From assembly GCA_001179505.1 (NCBI GenBank), contig CDMY01000475.1, positions 1 to 64,000 on the forward strand: a DNA stretch of 64,000 bases, given 5' to 3'. The notes under the pieces were generated by a model. That model had not been told where the DNA came from and searched no databases. It saw only the letters and a list, made by a program, of their open reading frames with translations. The DNA is from Vitrella brassicaformis CCMP3155 (taxonomy: Eukaryota > Protista > Chromerida). The position numbers were made by a program, and so were the translations under genes. This document shows positions 1-13,716 of the stretch, one piece after another. Numbering within the stretch: the first letter of the stretch is position 1; each line of letters begins with the position of its first letter.

Positions 1-245
1 CGAGTCTGCGCTACACTGGACTACTCTTGCTCATCGTGTGCATGATGCTGCCACGAGTGCACGCACTGCCAATCTCACCAGCCAACCTGACACACAAGGG
101 ATGCAGACACACACTCGATTTCTTTGTCAAGCTGCTCGTGCTCACAGGCATCCCTACCTTGCTGGTTGGTCGTTGGGTGTGTCGCAATGAAGGCGGAAGC
201 GACGACACTAGCTCAAAGATACGTCCATGGGCATTTCCTAGTTAG

Positions 246-2430
246 TTCAAGGCTTACGGGGATGACTTCCAGAAGTGGAAGACGCACTTTGAGTCGTGGG
301 CGTCGATCAATGGGTTGGCTGAGGTCGTGGCTGACGAGGCACTCCACGAGAGACCCCAGCTGACAGTGGTCGGCCCCATGCCTGTACCACAATACGACGA
401 CAACGGCAAGTGGACTGATACCTACAGTCAACAGAATACAGAGTGGGATCTGCTGAAGCACCAACAGAAGGACGAGATCCACAAGCGTCATCTCCTTCAC
501 GCTGAGCTCTTGTCGGCCTGCAAGGGTAACGACACTGCCTTCAATCTGGTGAAAAACGCACAGATAGAGGCAGCAGCAGAAGACAAAGACCCACTGTTAA
601 AGGTTGATGGATGGCTGTCTTGGCGAGCTCTGATGTCTAAGTACAACCAGGTGTCACCCTCTGAGTTGTCGAAACTGCACACCCTCATCCGCACGTACCA
701 GTGGAAGGGCGATGCGTCAAACCTCGAGCCAAACCTCGGCTACATGATCGGCAAGTTCGAAGAGCTGAAGTCTCTCGAGGCTCAGCGCGCCAAGACCGAC
801 GAACAGCACAAAAAGCTGGTGTATGGCTTGGACGAAACCGACAAAATAGCCGCCGTCAAGGCCATCCTGCCCAAGTAGGCATACCAACAACCATTGGCCT
901 TCCTCAACCTGCAGCAACAACACGAAGCAAACAACAACTTCGCTGCTTTTCAGCAGTTGCTGCGCAACCACTGTGACCAGAACCTGCCAAGGTCTGCACA
1001 GAATACGCACGCGAGCAGCTCAGCTGCCGGCGCAAAGCATGACACAGTCATGACCAACAATGGCGAGTCTGTCGCGCCCCCTGTCGCTCACTCTGCAATG
1101 ACCCTCGATGAGGTGATGACCAACAGCAACTCCACCAAATGCGACATATGTGGCATGTCGAATCACTCGACTAAGGAGTGCTGGCACCTGGGCATAGCTC
1201 GGGATGCTGTACGAGCCAATAGAGCCCACAGAGGCCGTGGCAGAGGCGGTCAAGGGTCATCCAGAGGGCGGGGCGGACCAAACGGCAACGGCCGTGGCCA
1301 TGGTGGTGGACCTAAGAAGGGAAACAAACACACCATCGGCAAGAAACACAGCAAGGTGAGTGCCAAAGGCACCACTGGAACAGACAGAGATGTGCATCGC
1401 ACCCACCAAATGAGTGAGGATAGCGAGAAGCGAGCAAGAGCAGCACACAGCGCTGATGGGAATGGGTTCGATAGGCCTGATCAGCCTAACGTGGCTCAGG
1501 ACATCAGAATGCCCACAGCTGTAGCTAGGATTCCCTCAGTTGTGCAGTGCAATGTCGCAGCTGATGCTCACGCTGACGCTGTCGATGCTCTTCATATACA
1601 TGATGAGGCACTGCTTGACTCAGGCTGCAGCTGGCATGTCTTCACTTCTCCTGATTTCTTTGTGCACCTCAGGCCGCTCCCACCAGCAACCAGCCAACTC
1701 AAGGTGGCCAACGGGGCAAAGGTGGCTATAGAGGGCGAGGGCGAGGTGGCCCTTAGGGTCAACCTGAAGCCAACAAACAGGACAAAACGCCTGTACAAGG
1801 GCACGATGCCAAAGACGCACATAGTGCGATTGACGAATTGTCTGTATGTGCCTGACCTGAAGTACAATTTGCTCTCAGTCAGCGCACTCGAGGACGAAGG
1901 ATACAATACACGCATGGATAGCCGCACTGTGTACAAAGAACCATACACACATTCATTTGTGCGGAAGGGGAGGCTCTACATGCTTGGTGTGTCACCTGCT
2001 GCTCACGCGGACAGGGCGACCAACGAATGCACCACACGAGAGGCGCCTGCAGCTGCTCACGCGGCCAGGCCGCAAGACGCTACCTATCCTGTGTGTAAGG
2101 AGAAGGAAGAAACGAATGGGAAGTCAATGACAGGCATCATAAATGCAGTCAGCAAGTGCCGTTCCTATTTCTCGAAGTGGTGTGCTGACCGGTCAGGTTC
2201 CACCTTTCTCGGTTTCACATTCTCGAGAGGTTTCGGTGCTGGTCGCACCGATGCCCCAGGTCGGGGTCAGGACAGCCCAGGGCGGGCTGAGGTGACTTGT
2301 TGCCACTGCAATGCTCCCCATGTGAAACCGCCTACAGACCAACGTTTCCTGCACACAAAGAAAGGAACGATTGATCTCTGGCAACCACACACAATGCATG
2401 ACTGTCAGGTGTGCGGCAAGAGATTCAGTA
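246..2430 (+). pseudogene. copia gag-protease region, interrupted by TAG at 243-245 and 876-878
   Basis: ORFs 27-245, 315-878 and 894-2648 are all in one frame, separated by single TAG codons; CCHC knuckle and DSG protease motif present. Confidence 0.85.
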
Positions 2431-5250
2431 ACAGGTGTACCGACTCTTGGACGCATTCCAGACTCCCACCAGCCTGCCGCGGATCTGCTGAGTCAAGGGC
2501 AACCTGCTGGTGTTGTCGAGGCTTCAGATCAGCCCGATGCTGCTGGTCCCTCTTGCTCGACGGACGAATCGGATCGACACACGCCAGACGATCCACAAAC
2601 ACACAATGGCCATCCTGCAGGACAAACAAAGCAACACATCGGCCATGATCCGTTTGCATCTCCTGTGCAGTCTGATGTGCAGATACCTGTTCCACCCGAG
2701 GAGGGAGATCCAACATTCTGGCTGCAACACAAGCGACTAGCACACCTCAATCGCCGTGACATGGATCTACTCAGAAAAGACCTCGGTGAAGGACTGCATG
2801 TGTTCGACATCCCTCCATCCGACTGCAAATGCGTTGGGTGCCTGAAGGGTAAAATGACAGAGAATCCACACAATGAACCAGGCACAAGGGCGACACGCAA
2901 GCGTCAACTGGTGCATTGCGATATCTCCGGACCACATCGACGATCGGTTCTCGATGGCCATCAATACTATATGGTCTTCGTGGACGATTGCTCACGTCGT
3001 GTGTCTGTGATACCTCTCAAGCGTCGACGCGATGCAGGCACAGGCCTCAAGAGATACATCGCGGAGGTCGGACACATCGAAGGGCTGAGATGTGACGGAG
3101 CCAAAGAGCTGGCTGAAGGCAATCTGCTCCATGCAGCCGCCCAGTTCGGAATCGCCAAATCGTTCAGCGTCCCGCACGTCCATGAGCAGAATGGCGTGGC
3201 TGAGAGGATGATACAAACGCTGAACAACACGGCAACATCGATGCTCGCAACGGCGAATCTGCCGGGGGGCTTCTGGCCGTGGGCTGTGCAAGCAGCCGCC
3301 TGTGTGCGCAATCGGTGTCCCTGCAGAAGCAACAAAGGGAACAAAACACCATATGAGATGTGGAAGAACTTCAAACCTGACCTACGCAAACTGCGTGTGT
3401 TTGGATGTTTAGCCTACCCGTTTGTGCGGAAGCATGAACGAGCCACGAAGTTCAGTCCCAAGTGCGACGCAGCGATCTTCGTTGGCTATCATCCACAAAT
3501 GAAGGACGGATACCTCTTCTGGATACCGTCTAGAAGACAAACAAAGGTCACAAACACAGCCACCTTCTTTGAACATATGTTCAATGTACAGAAGGGTGTC
3601 AATCCATACTTCCTACCGCTTCGAGAGGGGGAAGGAAATGGCGACACACATGGGCAGGACGCTCAAGGAGCGCCAGACGCCCAAGAAGCGCAAGACGCAG
3701 ACCAGCAGCCCATCGATGAAGACGCCTTTGACGCACCGCCACTGCCACAACTAGCCCCCGAAGGGCCACTCATGCAGGGAGCTGACGAGCACGGACTCGA
3801 TCAAGCACCAAATCCCCATGAGAGTGAGCAGATGGAACGGTCAGGCGCACGATGAGGACATGCACAAGGGTCAGAATGATGCGACAGACCACAAACAAGA
3901 GGCTGGGCAATAAGATGACGACTTGGCCGTTGATGTGGAAGGAAATCCAATCAACAAAGAGCCACAAAGTCTTCGTAGATCTGGTCGTAAGCGCCAATGG
4001 AACACACAAATTGGACGCGACTTCATATCTGCCCATGCGGACGCCGAGAGCGAACCGGCAGAAAGATCGGTGCTCAAAGAGCGTATCTGGTGCCTCTTCG
4101 GTGTTGTTGAGGATGCGGTCGAAACATGAACCACTCAATACGCCCGTGGGCCTGCACGCAAACAAAGACGCAAAAGCACAGACATGTGCTTTCTGTCTGG
4201 CAAAACCAACGAGAGAGTGGTTGCCTACGTGACAGATGATGATGACGGTGTGTATCTCTTCATTGGAGACGAGCCGCGAACGCACAAAGAGGCCATGACC
4301 TGCAAAGACAGAAAGGAATGGCAGAAAGCAAGCGACAAAGAAATGATATCGATGGATGAGAAAGGTGTCTATATGTACGTACCAAGATCACAAGCAACGG
4401 GGAAGATACTGCCCAGCAAGTGGGTCTTCACTCGCAAGCCTGACAAGTTCAAGGCACGTATCGTGATCAAGGGATACGCACACGACCCAAAGGAAGTCAC
4501 ACAGACCTTCTCACCCACACTGTCACAAGTCGCTATGCGTGTCTTCCTTGTCTTGGTTCTCTTAGCTGGTAGGTCGCTATATCAATGCGATGTTGATGTG
4601 GCGTTCCTCAACTCCCCTCTAGACCGACCTGTCTTCATGAACTGCCCTGAAGGATACGAGAAGCCCGGCATGGTGTGGATGCTCTTGAAAGCTCTCTACG
4701 GTCTCAAGGAAGCACCGAGGGCCTGGCACGTCACNNNNNNNNNNNNNNNNNNNNNNNNNNNNNNNNNNNNNNNNNNNNNNNNNNNNNNNNNNNNNNNNNN
4801 NNNNNNNNNNNNNNNNNNNNNNNNNNNNNNNNNNNNNNNNNNNNNNNNNNNNNNNNNNNNNNNNNNNNNNNNNNNNNNNNNNNNNNNNNNNNNNNNNNNN
4901 NNNNNNNNNNNNNNNNNNNNNNNNNNNNNNNNNNNNNNNNNNNNNNNNNNNNNNNNNNNNNNNNNNNNNNNNNNNNNNNNNNNNNNNNNNNNNNNNNNNN
5001 NNNNNNNNNNNNNNNNNNNNNNNNNNNNNNNNNNCGTGAGAAGGTCGAGGCGGGCGAGGTGGAGGTTGGTTGGATCCCATCCGCTGAGAACGTGGCAGAT
5101 GTGCTCACCAAGAACCTGCCTGCAGGCAAGCACACACCAGTGACAGAGAAGCTGTTCAGCAACCCGTCACACGCCACGCAAGACTTCCTCTTACCGAGGG
5201 GCACAAGGATGGATGTGGAATCTGATGAGGAATCCGATATGGATACATGA
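2431..5250 (+). pseudogene. copia integrase-RT-RNaseH region, frameshifted and containing stops; RT partly lost in an N gap
   Basis: Integrase in ORF 2371-3855 (different frame from gag); RT in ORF 4184-; RNaseH C-terminus 5036-5250; stops near 3911 and at 4127-4129. Confidence 0.85.
4735..5034. other. assembly gap (300 N)
   Basis: Run of N. Confidence 1.
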
Positions 5251-5324
5251 GGGAGGCAGAGCAGATGTAGATCTGGCAGATGGCTTCACTCTAGGCTTCG
5301 TAGAGGGTCTTGAGTGAGAGGGGG

Positions 5325-5579
5325 TGTCGAAGGGCACTCAAGCCCGAGCTTAGGCTGCTACGTCAAACGAGCAGCAGAGCCCACCGAAAACCGTCTGACC
5401 CACGAAAATTCCGTCTGGGGCTAGGTAGCTTCGTGAAACGGAGCCTGCTATTCTGGGCCCAACGCCATAGCCTTGCAGTGCGTTACACACTGGGTCTTTC
5501 CAAAGAGAAAAGACTCTGACTCCATCTGCTTGGTCATCAACTACTCTACGAGCAACTTGAGCACGCTATTTATCCGACA
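5325..5579 (+). repeat. 3' LTR of the copia element (~255 bp)
   Basis: Preceded by purine tract GAGTGAGAGGGGG (5312-5324); starts TGTCG and ends CGACA, a perfect 5-bp terminal inverted repeat. No second LTR in the window to confirm it. Confidence 0.75.
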
Positions 5580-5984
5580 CGCAACATGCGTCGAGACGCT
5601 GGGGCTCGCCATGAAAGCTCGCATGTGAAATCCATTGCAAAGTGGCAGCAGCAATGGACATCTAAGTACGTGATTAGTTTTGACGACCACCACATCACCG
5701 CGCCCAAGTTCCACTGCACGGGGCGGCTGGGCAGGGGCAAGGACTGCATCGTGAACGAGATCACGGCGTTCAGCGCAGGGGAAGCTGGCGCTCAAGACTG
5801 CCAACCGCCCAGCCAACAACGGCCTCATACTCGAGGAGCTTGGGATCCTGCAGACCCTCACGGGCCGGACTGGCTGTGCTCTGCTGACCGGCTCATGAAT
5901 CCATGCCTCCCAGACATACTTTGCCCTCGATTGAAGCAAGTGACTCATAGTTCGTTCACATAGGCCGTCTTCGCGCAGACATGT

Positions 5985-8900
5985 CTATCTATCGGCTAGG
6001 CCTTCCTCGCCGGCCCTTTGGGCGCGGCCAAGTACTTCTGTATCGGCGCCGGGCTGGTGGTCGCTGTCGGGCTGGTCGCCCACTCGCCTCTTGAGTGTGG
6101 CGATGGACGACCGCAGCAGCTTCATCGGGAACATGTGGAACAGACACACCAACGAGTCACCTAAAACTCTGCATTTGATGGATGGCATGCAGAGAAAATT
6201 GGAGGTGTCTGTGTGTGTTCCTGTATGTGTGTGTGTGTCTGCATCTTTGTGTCCGATCCTCACCTGTACAGGTCTTCATCTCGGTAGTCGAGGGCGTCAA
6301 AACCCTGGATGAGACGGTTGACGTCACGCGGCGGCAGCAGCAGCGTAGGACCACCACCCCTACCCTCATCCCTCACGGCATTGTCTTCCTCCCCCTCCCC
6401 CCTCTGGCCCTCCCCGTCCGCTGCTCTGGCTGCGTCCAGCCCCTCTTTGAGCAGCGCCTTGGTCGCATCCGCAGCCACACGCAGGAACCGTTCATGCCTC
6501 ACACCCTGCTGCGCCATCGCCCACAGCAACACAGCCACGTTCTCCAGCCGAATCGTGTCAGATCGACCCTCGTCGTGTGTCCCGTTGCTGATGTAATAGT
6601 GTGCGAGGGTGCTGGTGTTGGGTGATGATGGGATCCGCAAAGCGATGGATGCGGGGGCGTCGGCTCGGTCCAGCCGTAAGAGCATCTCGTCAGCGATGGC
6701 TGTCAGCAGTGATGCGCCATGCTGCCATTGGTCGCCATTGGGTGGGCTCTTGTCCTTCCGCGCTGCCACGCCAAGCGCCAGGGCGAGATGGCCGAGCTGA
6801 ACGTCGTGCAGAGTGCCCAATCCTGGACACAGACAGACAGACAGACAGACAGACATTGATGGATGGATGGACGGACGGATGTCCCCGGCGTGTTGGCTCT
6901 CGTGTCTATCACTCACTGCACTGACCGTGTTGCATGGCAGCCTGGCCGACGGCCTCGCAGACCTCCCTGTTGGCCCGGCCCATCTTGGCCACCGACCACA
7001 CCATCAGACTCACGTCACGCCTGCATCCACATGAACAACACATACATGCGCCCGCGTCTCCCTCCGGCCGCTCTCGACTCTGCGGCTCCCTCCCTCACCA
7101 TACCATGGCCATGTGTGTGCCTTCTGTATGAGCAGCCGCCTGGCCGCCAACATGAGGGGCAGCGGCACACCCACACCCGCACGGGGAAACGCCGACATCT
7201 GACCACATACATCCATACATACATAGAGAGAAAATGGATTTCTCCCCCTCTCAACGCTTCATCTCTCCTTCTCACTCACCAGGAGGCACAGCCCCCTTGA
7301 TGTGAAGCTCTCCAGCCGTTTGGCGGCCTCTGCTGATGCGTCGGGGTGGTCATGGTCACTGGCCGCCGGCAGGCTGGGGACGAGCGCCTCAGCGAATGTG
7401 GTGAGCAGGAGGGGGTCGCGCCACGACCCACCACCGCCGGACCGCTGCGCGTGCTCGGCCATGCTCCACGCCAGCTGAGCCAGATCCTGATCGACGGATG
7501 ACACCACACACATACGCAGATTAGTGTGTGTATGAGAGAGAATGTGTTTGTGTTTGTGTCTTGGCCATCTTGACCTTTTCGTCGAATTCCATGAGGTGTT
7601 TGCGTGTCTGTCTGGCGAGCATGGAGAGGAGCGACGAGGGGCATGACCGAATGAGGAGGAGAGAGCTGAAGAGCAGCGCCACCGAGCCGGCCGGGAACAT
7701 CTCGACGCTGATAGATAGATAATGAATGGTTGGACGGATGGAGACACAGAAAGAAGAAACAATGGAATTAATACGTCTGTGTGTCTTGATTGGGCGTGGC
7801 GTGTAGCTTGCTGACCTCTCCTCGTCAGCCAGCGATTGCTGCACGGCGCTGCACACCTCAAGGTCGGCGAGGCCCAGCCTCTCCAGGCCCCACACTGCGA
7901 GTGCCATCTCCCTCGGGGATGTGTCGTCGATCTGCCGGATGAATGCAGCCCTCAACATGGCCAGAACCGTCTCGTTGCGATAGTCTACACAGACACATCC
8001 ATCCACATGCACAGCCTCACATCAATGTATCTATCGAACTGGGCGCTCTCCGCCACCCCTTCGCTCACCGCTCGATGCGGCGACCCATATGAGCGTCGAC
8101 ACATCGCTTGCCACCCCTGCCTCCTCCAGTCCCTTGGCCAGCTTCTCCCCCACCATCGCCCACACCCCTGCAGTCAGCGCCGCGATCTCCCCGCCGGTAT
8201 CATCATCATCTGGCCCCTGCGTGTGGGTGTGCAGGTGTGTGATGGCGGTCAGCATCTGGGTCAGGTGGAAGAGCGTGAGCGCGTCGGGCCGCTGCAGCAC
8301 GGCGCCCAGTGCGAGGGTGAGGTCGTCAGGGGGCAGGCTGTTGAGCTTGCACAACGCCCACAGACTCAGAGTCAGGTCACTCGCCGGGCCCATGCTCATC
8401 CTGACACAGAAAGGGACCACATCTCTCTGTATGTCGGTCAGCTGTCCGTCCGTCCTGCGACGGACTGACTGACCTGCCGATGACGTGGTGCCGCGCACCG
8501 GCGAGGAACATGCGTATGGTGGGGTTGGCGGGGCTGACGGTGCTGCGTGTGAGGCTCCAGAGGGTGAGTGACAGCTCCTTGGTGCTCAGCTGGTGCAAAC
8601 CGAGCTGAAGCAGACGCTGGATGCCCACCAGATACACCTCCTCGCGACCCAGACCGCGGCGCGCGTAGATGTACAGAATGCCGCTCACTTCCTGCACAGC
8701 AACACACGACCCATACCCATTGAGGGATGGAGTGGCTTGCCGGGCCGGCATGGGTGGGGTGGATGGGTCTGTGTTTAGTAGTAGTACCCTGCTGGTGCCT
8801 TCGTTGAGGAGGGATTCCAAAAAATCCGCGTCAACGAGCTCCCTGTCGGACGGCGCGGTGTGCATTGCAAAGGCCACGATGCGCGGCACCAACGGGTCAT

Positions 8901-9882
8901 CCCCACGCAACCTGCGATATGCACACACTCCCGTCGACAATGGTGCTGTGCTGCTGCCCCCGTCCCCTCCCTCCTTGTGTCTCTCACTGACCTCTTCCTG
9001 ACGAGCCTGGCGATCTTCTCCTGCAGCCTGGCCGAGTGCACCCCAATCCTCGCCATGCCCCGCGCCATCCAGAAGGCGCTCATGGAGGAGCACCACCGGT
9101 CCTCCACCCCACAGTAGGCCACCACAACCCTCTCGATCACCCCCAGGGCCAGGGCACCCACTTGACCGTCCTCCAGCAGCATCGCCCGCCGTGACGCGGC
9201 GTCGTCGGCACGCGAAGTGCGGGGGTTCGAGGGGAAATCCAGGAAATGGAGAGAGAGTGCGTCGAGCAGACGGGCCAGCTGGGAGGGGCGGAGGGAGTCG
9301 ACGAGGGAGGGGGAGGAGAGGAGGATCTCACACGACTCCAGTAGCAGCACCAACACAGCTGCACCCACCCATGGATTGGGACACACATGAAATGAACCCG
9401 CGAGGCATCATTCACACGACTGCATGCCATGCATTCACTGGCATGCATGCCTTTCGCACCCACCGTGTTGGTCTTTGATGTTAAGGTTATTCTTGACGCT
9501 TGGCGTGAGAGAGAAGGCCCGTAGAAGGTTGGCTATAGCGCCGATGAGGTTGGGGTCGTGCCGTGACGAGCAGCGGATGACGTCCTGCCACAGGCGGCCC
9601 TCGATCGTCTTGCTCAGCGCCCGCCACAGCCGAGATCCTCCGTACTGAAGGAGCAGAGCAGCCCACACGGACCAACACACGTCTGTCTGTCTCTCTGCCT
9701 GTGTCATGTGGATGGATAGACGCAAGACGTACGTTGAGGTCTCTGAGTCCGAGCGCCAGGTGCCCCAGGTGTGTCAGGTTCCCCGACGCCAGCAGATTTA
9801 CTTCCGACCCCAGCAGCCAATCCTCCAAATCCTGCGAAACCATCACATACAAACAAGGCAACACCCCATGTCCAGTGTGTTG

Positions 9883-9914
<32 letters not shown>

Positions 9915-11080
9915 CCCGCAACACCCTCTCACTCCCACCTGACCTGAAGGAGCTGTGGCGATTGGTTGCTCTCCCACAGTCTGCCCAGCGCCCACACGAG
10001 CCGCGACACAAGCGCCAGTGGGACGGCCGATGACTGGTTGGTGGCGGGTGCAGGGGATGACGTGGGTATGGTAGGGGACAGAATGGGGGGCTGCAGGAGG
10101 ATGCCCTCGTCCTGGGCAGCCTTGAAGGCCTGCGCAAACGTCACCTGGACACAAACACGCCATGCCCACATAGAAGAGGTGGGTACGCATCTTTTCTTGC
10201 CTAAGTGGCTGTGTCCCCTCACCGCCAGGCTGAATGCCTGTTTGTCGGTCCCCTGGGTGGACACAGCGTCCAGCGACTGCCACAGGGTGGTCAGGGATCT
10301 CTCCCTCTCCACGCGCACGTCACCCCTCTCAACCACCACCCGAGCACTGCCCACGGCACGTGCCTCAAAAACGGCACTTTGCTGCTTAATCCCACCATCC
10401 TTGTGCCCGTTGGCCCACCGCTGGGCTTCTGTCTGTGTGCCGTTCAACCCGCTGCTGTGGGTGGTGGTGGTGGTGGGAGGGGCGATGTCTGCGATGCGCT
10501 GCTCCATCGACGAGGCGGTGAGCTCTTCGAAGGGCGTGGATGTTCGGGGACCGCGACGGCGCAGCGGAGTGCGGAACACCACCTGCACTCACACCACACA
10601 CAGAGAGCACGACAGACAATGTGCAGATGTAACTAACAGAGAGAGGGCCTTCCTTGTACTCCCTCACTCACTGACCTCCACGGTAGGTGTGTTGCCGCTG
10701 TCGCCATCCCTCGCCCCGATTGTCTCCCGCTCGGCCACCCTCGCGGCCGCCTCCGCCCCGCCTCCCGTCGCCCTCGGTGCGACACCTTTGCCCTTCCGCC
10801 GACCCATTGCGGGCGCATGGCCTCTTCGAGGCACATTGCGCGATGACAGAAAGGCGGCGAGGGCGGCATCGGCACTCAGCCGTCGTGGGTGCTTCCTCCT
10901 GCTTGGGTGGAATGCCGCTGAAGGATGCCTCCTACCGTCGGTCGCATCACTCGCAGGAGGCGACAGATGATGATGCCTGGAAGTAGCTGCTGCAGTCATG
11001 GTATGAAGCAGTGGTAAGAATGCCGTCAAGAGGAACAGGAAGAAGCCGATAGCTGCTGTGCAGGTCGTCAGAGGCCGCAT
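5985..11080 (-). CDS. multi-exon alpha-helical repeat protein (OPR/HPR/FASTK-like) with a bipartite, probably plastid, leader
   Basis: N-term MRPLTTCTAAIGFFLFLLTAFLPLLHTMTAAA followed by an R/S/A-rich stretch. Recurrent helical motifs in successive exons: SPREMALAVWGLERLG, STKELSLTLWSLTR, DLTLSLWALCKL, QDLAQLAWSMAE, ENVAVLLWAMAQQG, VSRLVWALGRL. GT-AG microsatellite introns between exons. Confidence 0.65.
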
Positions 11081-11479
11081 GAGATCACCGCACCGAACGG
11101 CCAGCCCGACGCCCTCATCGCCGCTGACCAGGGGACACCCAACCATCGCCGGCAGATGAGGAACAGACGGCCGCCATCGTGACTCGCTGACGACGCTCTC
11201 GCGGAATGCACTCTGCTATCGGCGCACGCACTGCTGCCCAGATCCGCCAAATTCGCAAGCTGTCTTCGCTTCAGCAGTCGAGGCTGCGTTGTGCAAAGGC
11301 GCTGATATACTGCCAAAGATAGACAGCGTCACTGGCACAAGATCGCCTCTGTGGCTGAGCTCGCAGCTGCCAAGGGGCGGGATCCGCTGTCTTGTTACCG
11401 GAGATCTGGCAGGTTGCGTGTCCATCCGCCATTGGTCCTCATTCATCCGAATGAGCGAAGCAGTGGCCGGCTCCAACAG

Positions 11480-13681
11480 ATGAGCAGCGGTGAATGGCAA
11501 GCCAAACCGGTGCTGCTGCTGCTGCTGCTGACACACATCGCCTTGATCATCTGCTGCGGAGTTGGGAGTCAGTCGAAGGACGTCAGCATGACAGTCAAAC
11601 GGACCCATCAGATGACGGGTTTTGTTGCCCCTGTGGGAGGGGCGGAGAGGAGGCGGCGAGCGAAGCATGGCGGCCTCACGGTGCTGCGGAGCCAGGTAAG
11701 CAGAAAAACAAACAAGACAGACGAAAAGATGCACATAATCCAATCCTTTCCTATGTGTGTTTCCTTCCTTTCAGGCAACTGTGCGGCGTCTGAAGGACAG
11801 CCAGGCCACCGCTGCCCCCCACCACACACCCTCCCCGCCCTCCCCGCCCTCCCCCGCACCACCACGATACCATCACCCAGTCAACGACACATCCACGACC
11901 AGCATCAGACAAGACCCCGTCCCACCGCCTATTCCCCCTCCCTCCCCCTCCGCCCCTCTCTCCAGCACCGAGCTTGAGGAGCTTTCGCAGAAGGTCGAGG
12001 CGGCCCTCAACGAGAAGTACACCATCATGATACCTGGGCCGGGTGCCGGTGGGCCGCCTGCGAGGCCGCTGGCGATGAACCTGGATCTGTGGCACTGGCG
12101 GGCTGACGCGCTGATCAAGGAGCGGCGGAAGGACAAAGTTACCTTGGGGGTGAGGATACTGCGGCACTGCATCAGCCGGGACCCGCTGGATCCTCGCGCG
12201 TGGCTAATTCTCGCCAACTATGAGATCACTGCGGTCGGTGAGGCAGACCGACAGCAGCCACACATGGATGTATTGCGTTGCGTTGTGTTGCGTTGTGTTG
12301 TGTGCAGAAGAATATCACGGGTGCTCGTTGGCTGCTGGACGAGGGCGTCCGGAACTGCCGCAGGAGTGTCGACGTGCACGTGGCAGCCGGACGATTCGCA
12401 CAGAGGGTATGGCACGATGCACGGAACGCTCTTGTCGCCCGTGCCGACCGATGCTGGCATCTGTGTGTGTGTGTGTGTGTAGTTTGACAAGGATTACCGC
12501 AAGGCGGTGGATCTGTTCAAACGGGCCAGCGAGATCGACCCGAAAGCGTAAGTGACAATTAAAGACAGCGAGAGAGCGAGCAACAGCTGGACGGGTGTGC
12601 TGCATGGCATGTCGTGTGGTATACATACCAGCACCTTGCCGGTGTTGGAGTTGGCCAACCTCCAATTCAACCTCCGAAACTACGACAGCGCAAGGTGTGT
12701 GATATCCCCACACATATGACCTGACCCATCTCCGCTCGCAGCCTCACCTCGCCTCAACCCACCTCTGCTCTCTTGTGTGTTGGTGGCGTGGCGTGGCGTG
12801 TCAGGCGTGTGTTGTTGGGTGCGTTGCAGCTCGATGCGCGTCACGGTCGTGCGTATGAGATGCTGGGGCGGCTGGAGAGGGAGAGGGGGCAGCCGGCAGA
12901 GGCCGTCCGGTGGTTCACAGAGGGCACACGAGTCGACTCGGACAACATCGCACTCTGGCAGGGCCTCGCTCTGGCCCACGAGGCACTCGGGCACGTCGAT
13001 GAGGCGAGGGACGTCATGCGCCAGGCCACAAGCATGCCCTCATTCAGCAATAACTCATGGCTTTACCAGGTGAGGTGGGCCAGGCAGGGCAGGCCAGCCG
13101 GGCGGGACACACCGAACGAGAGGGTGACCATGAAGATTAGTGCTGTTGTGGTCTTGTGGCTACTTAACTGCACTTACACAGACATGGGGGTCTCTTGAGA
13201 GCCGTCACGGCGACCCTGTTCGAGCAGAGCAGCTGTTCGACAGGGCGCTCAAGCTCGACCCCACACGAGGGGCTGCGTGGCATGTAGGCATTGCACCAAG
13301 GCAACATGGAGGACGCCTCGACAGCAACCAACCAACCCATGTGTCTGTCTGTGTCTGTGTCTGTGTCGATCGATAGTCGTGGGCCAAGTTGTGTGAGCAG
13401 CTGGGTGAGTACGGCCGTGCCCGTATGCTGTACTCCCATGGTGTAGAGGCCATCCCGGCCAACCAGCTGCTGTGGCTGTCGTGGGGGGAGCTGGAGGCCT
13501 CACTCGGGGACAACGACAAGGCACGATCCCTCTACTCGTCAGCCCTCTCACGCAACCCCCGTGGACCCAAGTCAGCCCAGCTCTGGTGCAGCCTCGGCAA
13601 GCTTGAGGGGGCCGTGGTACGCACGCCTCCCTGTCTGTCTTATGCGCCTCCCCCCTCTCCCGCGCTCACACATGAAGGCGT

Positions 13682-13716
<35 letters not shown>

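Larger units (their letters stand above)
1..5579 (+). mobile_element. Ty1/copia LTR retrotransposon, degenerate; 5' LTR lies outside the window
   Basis: Domain order is gag-protease-integrase-RT-RNaseH, which is the copia order. Gag N-term FKAYGDDFQKWKTHF; CCHC knuckle CDICGMSNHSTKEC (~1140-1182); protease LLDSGCSWH (~1612); WLQHKRLAHLN pre-integrase; integrase VHCDISGP..FVDD..LRCDG..EQNGVAER; RT KWVF..KFKARIV, CDVDVAFLN, LLKALYGLKEAPRAW; RNaseH tail ENVADVLTK. Several in-frame stops and frame changes. Confidence 0.95.

Noticed and set aside
876-878. Programmed stop-codon readthrough between gag and pol
   Set aside because: The TAG lies upstream of the CCHC knuckle, i.e. inside gag, and several other stops and frameshifts exist. 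Decay is the simpler explanation.
4619-5204. Long ORFs spanning N runs (also 34361-35147 and 36026-36793)
   Set aside because: Artefacts of translating assembly gaps as X.
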